Under the pieces are notes generated by a model that did not search any database, was not told where the DNA came from, and saw only the letters and a program-made list of their open reading frames with translations. A stretch of DNA of 64,000 bases, taken from the NCBI GenBank assembly GCA_963817955.1, contig CAWFQK010000002.1:1024001-1088000 (forward strand). Direction: 5' to 3'. Source of the stretch: an uncultured Gemmatimonadaceae bacterium. Lineage in GTDB: Bacteria > Gemmatimonadota > Gemmatimonadetes > Gemmatimonadales > Gemmatimonadaceae. Of this stretch, positions 47,988 through 57,923 are shown one piece after another. A program made the translations under genes and the position numbers. The first letter of the stretch is position 1, and each line of letters starts with the position of its first letter.

Positions 47988-48479
47988 ATGCGCCGTCCCG
48001 CCCTACCCCTCATCATTATTCTCGCCGCGGCCTGCTCGCGCGTCCCATCGCCCGATGCCGCGCCGGCGATCACACCCGAATCTGTGACGGGCGTGCGCAT
48101 CGCACCAACTGAGCAGCCGGTGGCGCTCGGAGATTGTGCCGAAGCACTCCGACGCGCGGCGGCAAAGCCCGATCTCGCTGTCGATCGCATCCCGTCGCCA
48201 ATCGCCACCAAGCCGGCGCCATTACGGAACGTGCCGAAGTCGGCACTGCGCAAGGACGGCAGCTCCGAAGTGAAGATCGACGTCCTCATCGACACACTGG
48301 GCAAACCCGACATGAAGACCTTCACCGTCGTCGTTTCGTCGCATCCATGGCTGGCGAACAATGTGAAGACGGTCCTGGCGAAATGGACGTTTTCGCCCGC
48401 CGAGCTCGCGGGGTGCAAAGTGCCCCGTGTCTTCCACTTCATGGCATCGTCACCCGCGCGAGGCCGGCCGGGCCGCTAG
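47988..48479 (+). CDS. Lipoprotein with TonB C-terminal-like domain
   Basis: LAAAC lipobox; [12 protein letters not shown]...[13 protein letters not shown]. Confidence 0.6.
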   Translation: MRRPALPLIIILAAACSRVPSPDAAPAITPESVTGVRIAPTEQPVALGDCAEALRRAAAKPDLAVDRIPSPIATKPAPLRNVPKSALRKDGSSEVKIDVLIDTLGKPDMKTFTVVVSSHPWLANNVKTVLAKWTFSPAELAGCKVPRVFHFMASSPARGRPGR

Positions 48480-48540
48480 ATCGTTTTGGTTATTGGGGCC
48501 GTTACTACCGTCGCGGCGAAGGCCGCCCTACCTTTGGAGT

Positions 48541-49002
48541 ATGTCAAAGACCGCTACGTTCGATACGAACAAGGGTACCATCGTCGCCGAGTTGTTCGAT
48601 AAAGAGGCACCGGGTGCCGTCGGAAATTTCGAGAAGCTCGCCAATAGCGGCTTCTATGATGGCGTGAAGTTTCACCGCGTCATCGATGACTTCGTGGTAC
48701 AGGGCGGTGATCCGCTCTCGCGCGAACTTGCCGCGGGCGATCCGCGCATCGGTACCGGTGGTCCAGGCTGGACGATCAAGTGCGAGACAGCAGGAAACCC
48801 GCACAAGCACGAAGTCGGCTCCCTGTCGATGGCACATGCCGGCAAGGACACCGGTGGCAGCCAATTCTTCATGGTGCTGAGTGAGAACAACACGCGCCAC
48901 CTCAATGGCGTGCATACCGTCTTCGGTAAGATCACGACGGGTATCGACGTGATGAAGAAAATTCAGCGCAACGACGTCATGAACTCGGTCCGCGTCGCCT
49001 GA
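48541..49002 (+). CDS. Cyclophilin-type peptidyl-prolyl isomerase
   Basis: [37 protein letters not shown]. Confidence 0.95.
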   Translation: MSKTATFDTNKGTIVAELFDKEAPGAVGNFEKLANSGFYDGVKFHRVIDDFVVQGGDPLSRELAAGDPRIGTGGPGWTIKCETAGNPHKHEVGSLSMAHAGKDTGGSQFFMVLSENNTRHLNGVHTVFGKITTGIDVMKKIQRNDVMNSVRVA

Positions 49003-49028
49003 CGGCCGCGCTGCACCATTCCGCTCCA

Positions 49029-49199
49029 ATGACACTCGATCGTCAGCCCAATTCGCATAGGTTCGGCACCGATACCAAGGCTGCATTCCTCGGCTTGGCC
49101 ATTGGCGTCATCGTGCTGTTCGGCATCATCCGCACAATTGTCTCGCTGACGAACGCGAAGTACGCAAACGAAAAACCAGCGGCTACGGCGACGAAGTAA
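49029..49199 (+). CDS. Small single-TM membrane protein (56 aa), not in the ORF track
   Basis: Manual translation MTLDRQPNSHRFGTDTKAAFLGLAIGVIVLFGIIRTIVSLTNAKYANEKPAATATK*. Confidence 0.65.
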   Translation: MTLDRQPNSHRFGTDTKAAFLGLAIGVIVLFGIIRTIVSLTNAKYANEKPAATATK

Positions 49200-49435
49200 G
49201 CAGGCGGCCGCCAGCAACGGTCAGGGTTCCTGATCAAGCAAACGCTCGATGAAGACGGGGCATCTTCGCGAGCGTTTTGCGTCCCCACCTCTGCCGACTC
49301 TCCGGTCGAAGCGAGCCCGGGTGCAACGGCATCTCCGGGCTTCATTTATCCCCGCCGTATCCAACATACGAGTCCTTCGTCATACACGGCGGGATCTCCG
49401 CCATCCCATTTCTTCGGCTCCCTTTACCAGCTTAC

Positions 49436-51019
49436 GTGAACCGCTCGATTCACGCCGCGATTCTCTCGCGCCCAAGCTCCGACGGCTCGTCCCAGAACGC
49501 GGAGCGCGAAACAGCGGAACGCTGCCACTCGATCGTGTACAACTCGCCGTACGGCATTTGCCGTGTACGGCTTGGCGGACAGTTCGAGGCGGCGAACCCC
49601 GCGCTTTGCGAAATGACCGGCTACTCCGAGGCGGAGTTACTCGCCTCGAATCTCGACATTCTGAATCCGGAGCCGGGCCTGCGCGCCCGGCTTCTTGCCG
49701 AGTACGAATCGCGCCCGACGGGAATGCCGGTCGAGATGCCGTGGAGGCGCCGGGACGGACGGATCGTTACAGCGCGAGGCTGGGCCTACGCCGAACGTGA
49801 CGACTCTGGAGCCATCGTACACTTCGACTGCTACATCGAGGACGTCACCCCGCTGCGCGCCGCGGAGAACGCACTGCGGCAAGCCGAAAAGCTCGCCGTC
49901 CTCGGACAACTTGTCTCGAGTGTCGCGCACGAGCTGAATAACCCGCTGTCGTCCATCCTGATGTTCACAGAGGACCTCCTTGCGACCGGCCGCTCCACCG
50001 ACGACCAGGAGGCGCTTGGAATCATTGCCCAACAAGCGCGCCGATCTCGCGAGATCGTCCGCGATCTGTTGTCCTTCGTGCGAAGCCACGAGGTGAATGG
50101 CGAGGTGAGCCGCGAACCGGTCAAATCCAGGCTTTTTCTCACCCAACTCACGCGTGCGCTACAACCCCAGCTCGCGGAGTTGGGCGTCTCGCTCCGGTTG
50201 TCCACACCGGACGACGAGTCCGTCATTCAGTTCAACCTGGCGGGAATCGAGCAAGTCGTCACCAATCTGATCGTCAATGGCGCGCAGGCGGCCGGCGCAG
50301 GCGGCACGGTATGGGTGAACGTCCAACCAGATCCGCTCGACTTGGTTATCCATGTCGTCGACGATGGACCAGGGATTCCGGCTGACGTGTTGCCACGAAT
50401 CTTCGAGCCCTTCTTCACGACGAAGTCCACGGGCAATGGAACGGGCCTGGGATTGTCGGTCTCGCTTGGGCTAGTCCAACAGCATGCCGGCACCATCATA
50501 GCCGACAATCGCGACGCTCTCGAGGGTTCGGGCGCGCGTTTTACCGTGCGGATTCCGACCGCTCACGCCAGGCGGACGGACATCGAGGGCTGCGAGGTAG
50601 CGCCGGCCACCGCCGCCGAAACCGTTCGACGTGTGCTCATTGTCGATGATGAGGAGCCGATGCGCTCGGCGCTGGGCAGATTCTACGTTCGGAGAGGATG
50701 GTCGGTGAGCGAAGCCAAGGACGGATTGGCCGCCTACCGGTATCTGATCGATGCCGGGGAGACATTCGACTTGATCGTCTCCGATATGAACATGCCCGAT
50801 CTTTCGGGCATCGAATTACACGCACACTTGCGACAATCTCGGCCTGAGCTGCTCGACCGGTTGCTGTTGTGCACCGGTGAAGCGGAGTCTGCTCGCATCG
50901 CGACGTTCGTGGCCGAGACCAACTGCCGCGTGCTGCGTAAGCCATTCGAGCTACGGGTGTTGGCGACTCTGTCGGACGAGATCGCCGCAGTGGCGCCACG
51001 AGCCCGCCTGGCGAGCTGA
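49436..51019 (+). CDS. Cytoplasmic hybrid histidine kinase (PAS-HisKA-HATPase-REC)
   Basis: ANPALCEMTGYS, VAHELNNPL, DDGPG, GTGLGL, VDDE, SDMNMP, KPF; start uncertain. Confidence 0.9.
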   Translation: MNRSIHAAILSRPSSDGSSQNAERETAERCHSIVYNSPYGICRVRLGGQFEAANPALCEMTGYSEAELLASNLDILNPEPGLRARLLAEYESRPTGMPVEMPWRRRDGRIVTARGWAYAERDDSGAIVHFDCYIEDVTPLRAAENALRQAEKLAVLGQLVSSVAHELNNPLSSILMFTEDLLATGRSTDDQEALGIIAQQARRSREIVRDLLSFVRSHEVNGEVSREPVKSRLFLTQLTRALQPQLAELGVSLRLSTPDDESVIQFNLAGIEQVVTNLIVNGAQAAGAGGTVWVNVQPDPLDLVIHVVDDGPGIPADVLPRIFEPFFTTKSTGNGTGLGLSVSLGLVQQHAGTIIADNRDALEGSGARFTVRIPTAHARRTDIEGCEVAPATAAETVRRVLIVDDEEPMRSALGRFYVRRGWSVSEAKDGLAAYRYLIDAGETFDLIVSDMNMPDLSGIELHAHLRQSRPELLDRLLLCTGEAESARIATFVAETNCRVLRKPFELRVLATLSDEIAAVAPRARLAS

Positions 51020-51062
51020 GTATGTGTCAATCGGGCAAACGAACTGCCGGTATATTGGATTA

Positions 51063-51686
51063 ATGCCCTCCCAAGCCCTCCCGACGCGAGCCGATGCGCT
51101 CGCCTTGATGCACGAGTACACCGCCAGCGAGTCGCTGCGGAAACACATGCTTGCTGTTGAAGCGGCCATGCGTGCCTACGCCGAGCATTTCGGAGAAGAT
51201 CCCGAACGATGGGCACTCACGGGCCTGATCCACGACTTCGACTACGAGCGGTTTCCGAACCTGGCGCATTCGCCGACCGACGAACATCCGTCGGAGGGTG
51301 TACGCATTCTGCGCGAGCACGGCTGGCCCAGCGACATTCTGCAGGCGATTCTCGGCCACGCCGCGTACACAAACGCGCCACGAGAGACGCGTATGGCGCG
51401 CACCCTTTTCGCCGTCGACGAGCTCTCCGGATTGATCACGGCGACCGCACTGGTCAAGCCGACCCGAAGTGTCCATCACGTCGAAGCAAAGTCGGTTCGG
51501 AAGAAGATGAAGGACAAGGCGTTTGCCAAAGGCGTGAGCCGCGACGACGTCCTGCTCGGAGTACAGGAGATGGGTGTCGATCTCGATGAGCACATCCAGT
51601 TCGTCATTGGGGCCATGCAGCGCTCCGCGGACGCCCTGGGCCTGGCTGGCACGGCGGTGCCCGCCAGCGAGGAGCCGGCCGTCTGA
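51063..51686 (+). CDS. HD/HDIG domain phosphohydrolase
   Basis: LRKHMLAVEAAM, LIHDFDYE, AVDELSG, KKMKDKAFA. Confidence 0.9.
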   Translation: MPSQALPTRADALALMHEYTASESLRKHMLAVEAAMRAYAEHFGEDPERWALTGLIHDFDYERFPNLAHSPTDEHPSEGVRILREHGWPSDILQAILGHAAYTNAPRETRMARTLFAVDELSGLITATALVKPTRSVHHVEAKSVRKKMKDKAFAKGVSRDDVLLGVQEMGVDLDEHIQFVIGAMQRSADALGLAGTAVPASEEPAV

Positions 51687-51689
51687 GCA

Positions 51690-51717
51690 TCAACGTTTCT
51701 CCGCTGACCAGCGTTAT
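51690..51717 (+). promoter_or_regulatory. Putative ECF-sigma promoter upstream of the sigma gene
   Basis: TCAAC-N17-CGTTAT, 5 nt before GTG 51723. Confidence 0.55.
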
Positions 51718-51722
51718 GGAGG

Positions 51723-52334
51723 GTGGATACCGACCACGCCTCGATGACCGCTGCGACCACATTCGGAATCTCGTACGGCGTGGCGTCAGTGGCTGACGGC
51801 AAGTCGGAAGAACGGGCGCTCGTGATTGCGGCGCAGCACGGAACCAGCGATGCGTTTGCATCACTGGTTCGGCTACATCAACGTCGGGCGTATGCGGTAT
51901 GTCGCGCGATCGTGGTCACTCACGAGGACGCGGAGGACGCCGTTCAGGAAGGGTTCCTCCACGCATTCAAGGCGTTGGATCGTTTTCTTCCTGATCAGCC
52001 GTTCGGCGCTTGGCTGTACCGCATCATGGCCAATGCGTCGCTGGACCTGGTGCGGCGGCGGAAGGTCCGCGATGCGGACGAGCTGCCGGAAACCATTCCG
52101 ATGCCGTTCCGGGATCCCGGAGAAGCGGACGAGTTGCGGCGGCGCCTCAATCAGGCGCTGACGAAGCTCACCGAGCGGCAGCGATCAGTGATCGTGTTGC
52201 ACGACGTAGAAGGCTTCACGCACGGAGAAATTGGCGAGATGCTCGGAATACCGGAGGGCACGGCCCGCTCGGATCTGCATCACGCCCGAGCGGCACTGCG
52301 CCGCCTGTTGAAAGACGTTCGGAGCGACTTATGA
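51723..52334 (+). CDS. ECF RNA polymerase sigma factor
   Basis: DAEDAVQEGF, FGAWLYRIMAN, EIGEMLGIPEGTARSDL. Confidence 0.93.
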   Translation: MDTDHASMTAATTFGISYGVASVADGKSEERALVIAAQHGTSDAFASLVRLHQRRAYAVCRAIVVTHEDAEDAVQEGFLHAFKALDRFLPDQPFGAWLYRIMANASLDLVRRRKVRDADELPETIPMPFRDPGEADELRRRLNQALTKLTERQRSVIVLHDVEGFTHGEIGEMLGIPEGTARSDLHHARAALRRLLKDVRSDL

Positions 52335-52735
52335 CCGACATTCGGCTCTTCTCACGCGACGATGACGAGGTAGTGCGCGGGCTTCGCTCGCTGTACGCGG
52401 CCCCGGCCGGCGACGCGTATTGGAATGAGCTCGAGGCCCGGATCATGTCGCGCGTCGCCGACGTAGAACTGGGTTGGTGGACGGAGCTCGATCGCTGGGT
52501 TCGTCCGGCGATCGCCGCCGCCGCCGTGTTGTTGCTCACTGCCGGGATCGCGATGTTCCGTGCGCGGCAGTCCGAAAATGAAATAGCCATAGACAGTATG
52601 TTGTCCTCTCCGTCGGTTCCGGTATCGACCGCAATTCGTCCGGCGCTGCAAGACGATCGGGAAGCGCGAATCCGCTACCTGTTCGGGTGTACATCCCAGG
52701 AGCCCTCATGCAGCGCCCAAAACAACAAGCGCTGA
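52331..52735 (+). CDS. Putative membrane anti-sigma factor
   Basis: ATGA overlap with sigma gene; one TM (AIAAAAVLLLTAGIAMF). Confidence 0.65.
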   Translation: MTDIRLFSRDDDEVVRGLRSLYAAPAGDAYWNELEARIMSRVADVELGWWTELDRWVRPAIAAAAVLLLTAGIAMFRARQSENEIAIDSMLSSPSVPVSTAIRPALQDDREARIRYLFGCTSQEPSCSAQNNKR

Positions 52736-53100
52736 TGTTTCTGCTCGGCGCCGTCCTCGTGGGCGGCGCCCTCGGCGCCTCGGCCGATCGATATGTCGTG
52801 CACGACCGGTTCGCGTCCCAGTTCGGGCCGCGCCCGCGCTTCTACGACGTCCTCGGGCTGTCGGACCAGCAGCGCGCGACGCTCGACTCGCTCACATTCG
52901 CCCGCGAGTGCGAAATCAAGGCGGTGCTCGCACCCCATGATTCCGCCGTTCGCGCAATTCGGCGACGCTTTTATATGCAGCGCGATTCCCTTCTCACAGC
53001 CGAACAGAAGGCGCTGTTCAACCAGCGCAGACAGGAAGCTGAAAAACGGTTTAAGGCCGAAACGGCCAAGGAGCCCAAGAGGCAATGCTCAGGAAACTGA
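52708..53100 (+). CDS. Spy/CpxP/heavy-metal-sensor-like periplasmic protein
   Basis: N-terminal TM; LGLSDQQR and LLTAEQK motifs; AGGAG RBS. Confidence 0.65.
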   Translation: MQRPKQQALMFLLGAVLVGGALGASADRYVVHDRFASQFGPRPRFYDVLGLSDQQRATLDSLTFARECEIKAVLAPHDSAVRAIRRRFYMQRDSLLTAEQKALFNQRRQEAEKRFKAETAKEPKRQCSGN

Positions 53101-54386
53101 TCACACTGCTCGCTGCGCCGATGGTCGTTGGCGCACAGCAGATGACCGATACGACCTTTCATCCGATCACCAGCGCCGAGGCCGTGCGACTGGCGAAATC
53201 GAACAACGTGAGCGCCATCCAGGCAGCGAACGCGACTCGCACTGCGGTGAACGCCGTGCGGGCGGCGCAGGCACAGCTCTACCCTACCCTCACAGCGACG
53301 GCGGGTCAGAGCAAGAGCGCAGGGCAACGCCTCGGCCAGAGCGGCCAACCCGTCGATTATACCTCGTCATGGACCTATAGCACCGGGTTGAGCACGGGAT
53401 TCACGCTCTTCGACGGCGGCAAGACCTTCGCTGACGTGCGCGCCCGCAGGGCAGATGTGGCCTCGCAGGAGGCGAACGAAACGACCACGGCGTACAGCCT
53501 CGCGCTTCAGGTCAAAACACAGTACAACTCTATCCTCGCGGCAAATGAGCAGTATGCCGCGGGACAAGCGCAGTTAGCACTCGCGCAACAGCAGCTCGCC
53601 GTTTCCATCGCCAAGGTCAATGCCGGCGCGGCGAACGTCTCCGATTCGCTCCGGAGCGTGGTAACCGTTGGAACCGCGCAACTCGCGATCTTGAACGCAC
53701 AGCAGTCTCTGGTAACCGCCAGTGCCGCGCTCACGCGTCTCGTCGGCACGCCGTACCTCGTGACGGCCATGCCAGCCGATACCGGCGATCACCGTAGCGC
53801 ACCGCTCGACAGCATCGCGCTCCTCCAAATGGCACTCGGCGGTCCGGTGATCAAGCAATCGCAAGCGGCGGTGAATTCGTCCGACGCTTCTATCCGGTCT
53901 GCCAAGGCGGCGTACCTGCCGTCGATCTCGGTGAGCATGAGCCTGGGCGGCAACGGGACTGGCACCTACGGCCTGAACAGCGATCCATTTCCATACAACC
54001 GCTCGGTCGGATTGAACCTCAACTATCCGCTGTTCAACCGCTTCTCGCGCGAGAACCAGGTGGCGTCGGCGCAGATCTCCTTGGCCAACGCAGAGGCGAC
54101 CCTCCGCGACCAGCGGCTCGCGGCGCAGCAGACCATCATCACGCAGCTCGGCCTCATGCGGAACGCGGAAGCGCAGGTCCTCGTGCAACAGACCAGCGTG
54201 CGTGCGTCGGAAGAAGATCTTCGTGTCAACCAGCAGCGCTATCAGCTGGGGGCCGGTACGCTCCTCGATGTGCTGACCTCGGAGTCGAGCCTGATCACGG
54301 CTCGCCAACAGCTCATCCAAGCGCGGCTCAACTATCGTAACGCCCGCGCGCAGATCGAAGCGGTCATCGGCAAGGACCTGCCGTAA
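53085..54386 (+). CDS. TolC family outer-membrane efflux protein
   Basis: AQLYPTL, FTLFDGG, AAYLPSI, RYQLGAGTLLDVL. Confidence 0.92.
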   Translation: MLRKLITLLAAPMVVGAQQMTDTTFHPITSAEAVRLAKSNNVSAIQAANATRTAVNAVRAAQAQLYPTLTATAGQSKSAGQRLGQSGQPVDYTSSWTYSTGLSTGFTLFDGGKTFADVRARRADVASQEANETTTAYSLALQVKTQYNSILAANEQYAAGQAQLALAQQQLAVSIAKVNAGAANVSDSLRSVVTVGTAQLAILNAQQSLVTASAALTRLVGTPYLVTAMPADTGDHRSAPLDSIALLQMALGGPVIKQSQAAVNSSDASIRSAKAAYLPSISVSMSLGGNGTGTYGLNSDPFPYNRSVGLNLNYPLFNRFSRENQVASAQISLANAEATLRDQRLAAQQTIITQLGLMRNAEAQVLVQQTSVRASEEDLRVNQQRYQLGAGTLLDVLTSESSLITARQQLIQARLNYRNARAQIEAVIGKDLP

Positions 54387-54422
54387 TCCTTACTCTCGAC
54401 CGAGCACAACCAGCAGACCTCG

Positions 54423-54453
54423 GCAGGCACACCGGCCTTTGCGGTGTGCCTGC
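54423..54453 (+). terminator. Intra-operon hairpin
   Basis: GCAGGCACACCG-N7-CGGTGTGCCTGC with weak U tail. Confidence 0.5.
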
Positions 54454-54581
54454 TTCGTATTCAGCTCCGGCGGCTTCGTTCTCTACTTCCAGCAGAATGC
54501 GCCGCCACCGCGTAATCTTGGATAGACAGTCCGACCAGTACGCGGCCATCCTACCAGGCCGACTTCAGGAGACAGACCCAC

Positions 54582-56534
54582 GTGAGACGATATCTCGGAG
54601 CGGCCCTGCTCATCGCCGCCGCCGCCTGCGCCAAGAAGCAATTGGCGCCGACCGTGCAGACCGCTACCGTCACCAACCGCGACATCATTGTCGACGCGCA
54701 GGCGAACGGTGCGATCGAGCCGATCGCAATCATCGAAGTGAAATCGAAGGCGTCTGGCATGATCACGCAGATGACCGTCGAAACAGGCACGCATGTGAAT
54801 CCGGGCGACCTGCTCGTGCAGATCGACACGCGAGACGTGCAGAATCGGTTCGATCAGGCCAAGGCCTCGCTCGATGCCGCACAGGCAAAGCTTTCGGTGG
54901 CGGAGAGCGACAAGAAGCGCAATGAGGAAATGTTCAAGGCGCGCGTCATCACGCCGCAGGAGTTCGACCAGGTCGCGGTGAGCTACGAGAACGCCAAGTC
55001 GTCCGTGGTCAGCGCCAAGGCGAACCTCGATCTCGCCAAGCAGAGTCTGGAGGACGCGACCGTCCGCGCGCCGAGCGAAGGCACGATCATCGACAAGACC
55101 GTGTCCGTGGGCACCGTGATCGCCTCGGCCACCGGTTCGGTGAGCGGCGGCACGACCATCGTGAAGATGGCGGACCTCGGCGTCGTGCGCATTCGCGCGC
55201 TATTCAACGAGACTGACATCGGCAACGTGCATCCCGGCGAGCCGGCGAACGTCACGGTAGATGCATATCCCGATCGGCGTTTCAGCGGTGTGGTTGAGAA
55301 GATCGAGCCGCAGGCGGTGATCCAGCAGAACGTGACGATGTTTCCCGTGTTGGTGAACTTGCAGAACGCTGAAGGGCTGCTCAAGCCAGGCATGAACGGC
55401 GAAGTGTCGGTTCTGATCGATGAACGTGACGGAGTGCTAGCCATTCCCAACGATGCGATCAAGAATCCACGGGAAGCCGCGGCCACGGGAGCAATGCTCG
55501 GCCTGAACAGCGACACGATACAGGCAGAGCTCAAGGCACAGGGATTCAGCGGCGGGAATCGAGGCGGCTTTGGCGGAGGGTCCGGCAATGGCGGCGGCGG
55601 TCGTCGGGGCGGTGGTGCTGGTGGCCCCGGTGGCGCTGGCGGTCCTGGTAGCCCTCCTGCTGCTGGCGGCACGAGCGGAAGTGCCGGTGGTGAGGTGGCA
55701 CTGATGGATCCGGTCCAGCAGGGCGGCTTCCAGAGCGGTCAGGGCGGCGGCGGGTATGGCATGCAGGTGTCGGACGCCGACTGCAAGAAAGTCGATGACG
55801 TGCTCAAGGCGCACCCAAAGGAGAAGAAGCAACTCGAAACGTTGCGCGCCAAGCTTACGGCGCTGCGCCCGGCAGGCGGCCGTGGCGGCAATAGTCGTGG
55901 CGGAGCAAATGGTGGCGGAGGATTTGGCGGCGGGAGCCGAACGCGCGGTGACAGTGCCGGCGGCGGCGGGGCGCGCCGCGGAGCGAACGGCGGGGGTGGC
56001 TTCGGCGGCGGGAACCGGACGCGTGGCGACAGCGCCGGTGGCAGTGGGCGTCGTGGCGGCGGCGGAAGCCCCGAAATGCAAGCGATCTCTGAGCAGATGC
56101 GCGCCATCTACACCGCGTTGAATATCGATGCTCGTACTGCTGGCGGGTGCGCGCGGCGGCAGCAGGGCGGCGGGAACGCCGCGGCGGGTGCGGGCACGCA
56201 ACGCGGTCAGCGCGGCGGTATGACGGCGGCGCCTGAGATGGGCGCGCGGCCACAGCGCACGCGCACCGGCCTGGTGTTCGTCTCGGATAGTACCAAGACG
56301 ATCTTCCATCCGCGCATTGTACGCCTGGGCCAGGGCAACCTCGATTACACCGAAGTGGTTGACGGCTTGAAGAGCGGTGAACGCGTCGTCATGCTGGGTG
56401 CGCTCGCGCTGCAGGCGCAGCGTCTGCAGCAACAAGACCGGATGCGGCAGAACGCCAGTCCGCTTGGCGGCCAGCAGGGTCCGGGCGGCGGCGGCGCCCC
56501 GCGTGGTGGTGGCGGCGGCGGCCGGGGAGGCTGA
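54582..56534 (+). CDS. MacA-like periplasmic adaptor lipoprotein with large Gly/Arg-rich insertion
   Basis: AAAAC lipobox; EVKSKASG, VRAPSEG, ETDIG, LKPGMN; AGGAG RBS, GTG start. Confidence 0.9.
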   Translation: MRRYLGAALLIAAAACAKKQLAPTVQTATVTNRDIIVDAQANGAIEPIAIIEVKSKASGMITQMTVETGTHVNPGDLLVQIDTRDVQNRFDQAKASLDAAQAKLSVAESDKKRNEEMFKARVITPQEFDQVAVSYENAKSSVVSAKANLDLAKQSLEDATVRAPSEGTIIDKTVSVGTVIASATGSVSGGTTIVKMADLGVVRIRALFNETDIGNVHPGEPANVTVDAYPDRRFSGVVEKIEPQAVIQQNVTMFPVLVNLQNAEGLLKPGMNGEVSVLIDERDGVLAIPNDAIKNPREAAATGAMLGLNSDTIQAELKAQGFSGGNRGGFGGGSGNGGGGRRGGGAGGPGGAGGPGSPPAAGGTSGSAGGEVALMDPVQQGGFQSGQGGGGYGMQVSDADCKKVDDVLKAHPKEKKQLETLRAKLTALRPAGGRGGNSRGGANGGGGFGGGSRTRGDSAGGGGARRGANGGGGFGGGNRTRGDSAGGSGRRGGGGSPEMQAISEQMRAIYTALNIDARTAGGCARRQQGGGNAAAGAGTQRGQRGGMTAAPEMGARPQRTRTGLVFVSDSTKTIFHPRIVRLGQGNLDYTEVVDGLKSGERVVMLGALALQAQRLQQQDRMRQNASPLGGQQGPGGGGAPRGGGGGGRGG

Positions 56535-56538
56535 TCAC

Positions 56539-57759
56539 ATGCTTATTGGCGAAATCATAAGCGTTGCTGTCGGAGCGCTCAGGGCCAACAAGCTCCGCTC
56601 GCTGCTGACGATGCTCGGCATCGTCATCGGCGTCGGCGCGGTAATCGCGGTCGTCGCGCTCGGAACGGGCGCGCAGCAGGCAGTGAAGGATCGCATCGCG
56701 GCGCTCGGCACAACGTTGCTGACGGTCAATCCCGGCCAGCAACGCGGCGGCGGCGTAGCGATCGCTGGCGGTCAGCAGCGCCTGCTGGTCGAGGACGCGA
56801 AGGTCGTCGACGAGCGCGCCACGACGTTGCTCGCGGTGCAACCCGAGATGCGCTCGCAACAGCAAGTGGTGTGGGGCAACAAGAATGCGAGCACCACCAT
56901 CATCGGCACGACGCCGAACTACCTCGATGTGCGCAAGTACACACTCAAGGTGGGTCGGATGTTCACCGCCGCGGACGATGAAGGCCGGCAGCGCGTCGCG
57001 GTGCTCGGCTCCGCGGTCGTGGACAACATGGGCATCACCACGCCTGAAGCGTTGATCGGGGAGTCGGTTCGTATTCGAGGCACCCAGTTCACTGTCATCG
57101 GCGTGCTGGCAAGCAAGGGCACGGCAAGCGCCTTTCAGAATCCCGATGATCAAGTATTGGTTCCGATTCAGACGGCGCGGTTTCGCGTGAACGGCTCGGA
57201 TCGGCTCGCGTCGATCAGCGCCCTCGCCGAAAGCGAAGAGAAGATTCCCGATGCCATGGCGGACATCCAGCGTGTTCTGCGCCGCCAACATAGAATCCGT
57301 CAGGGCGCGCCCGACGACTTCCAGATTCGCAACCAGTCCGACATTCTGGCGACGACGCAGGAGACGACGCAGGTGATGACGTACCTGTTGTCCGGCATCG
57401 CGGCCGTGTCGCTGCTGGTCGGCGGCATCGGCATCATGAACATCATGCTCGTTTCCGTCACTGAGCGCACCCGCGAAATTGGTATTCGCAAAGCGCTCGG
57501 CGCTACGAAGTTCAATATCCTGCTTCAGTTTCTCATCGAAGCAGTGGTGCTGTGCATCCTCGGGGGGGTGGTCGGCATCGCACTGGGCGCTGGCGGCGCG
57601 GCCGTGATGAGCAAGACCGCCGGTTGGTCGACGCAGGTCTCGTCCGCCGCGGTGGTGATGGCCTTCGCGTTTTCGGCCTTCGTCGGTGTAGCATTCGGCG
57701 TCTGGCCCGCGCGACGTGCGGCGGGCCTCGATCCGATCGTGGCGCTCAGATACGAATAG
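56539..57759 (+). CDS. MacB/FtsX-like ABC transporter permease (no fused ATPase)
   Basis: LRSLLTMLGIVIG, GGIGIMNIMLVSVTERTREIGIRKALGA, LDPIVALRYE. Confidence 0.94.
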   Translation: MLIGEIISVAVGALRANKLRSLLTMLGIVIGVGAVIAVVALGTGAQQAVKDRIAALGTTLLTVNPGQQRGGGVAIAGGQQRLLVEDAKVVDERATTLLAVQPEMRSQQQVVWGNKNASTTIIGTTPNYLDVRKYTLKVGRMFTAADDEGRQRVAVLGSAVVDNMGITTPEALIGESVRIRGTQFTVIGVLASKGTASAFQNPDDQVLVPIQTARFRVNGSDRLASISALAESEEKIPDAMADIQRVLRRQHRIRQGAPDDFQIRNQSDILATTQETTQVMTYLLSGIAAVSLLVGGIGIMNIMLVSVTERTREIGIRKALGATKFNILLQFLIEAVVLCILGGVVGIALGAGGAAVMSKTAGWSTQVSSAAVVMAFAFSAFVGVAFGVWPARRAAGLDPIVALRYE

Positions 57760-57787
57760 GACGTAGCCACTCGTTGTTGGTGAGTTC

Positions 57788-57825
57788 GAAAGCCGGCGCG
57801 ACAATGTCGCGCCGGCTTTCTATTT
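57788..57825 (+). terminator. Intrinsic terminator
   Basis: GAAAGCCGGCGCGAC-AAT-GTCGCGCCGGCTTTC followed by TATTT. Confidence 0.85.
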
Positions 57826-57923
57826 CATGGAAACGGCCTCTCAGCGGAACACCCTGCCCATCGCCACCGGGCGGACGTGGGCTTCGATTCATCATGCAGG
57901 TCCCCATGCCGAAGAGCTTGCGC

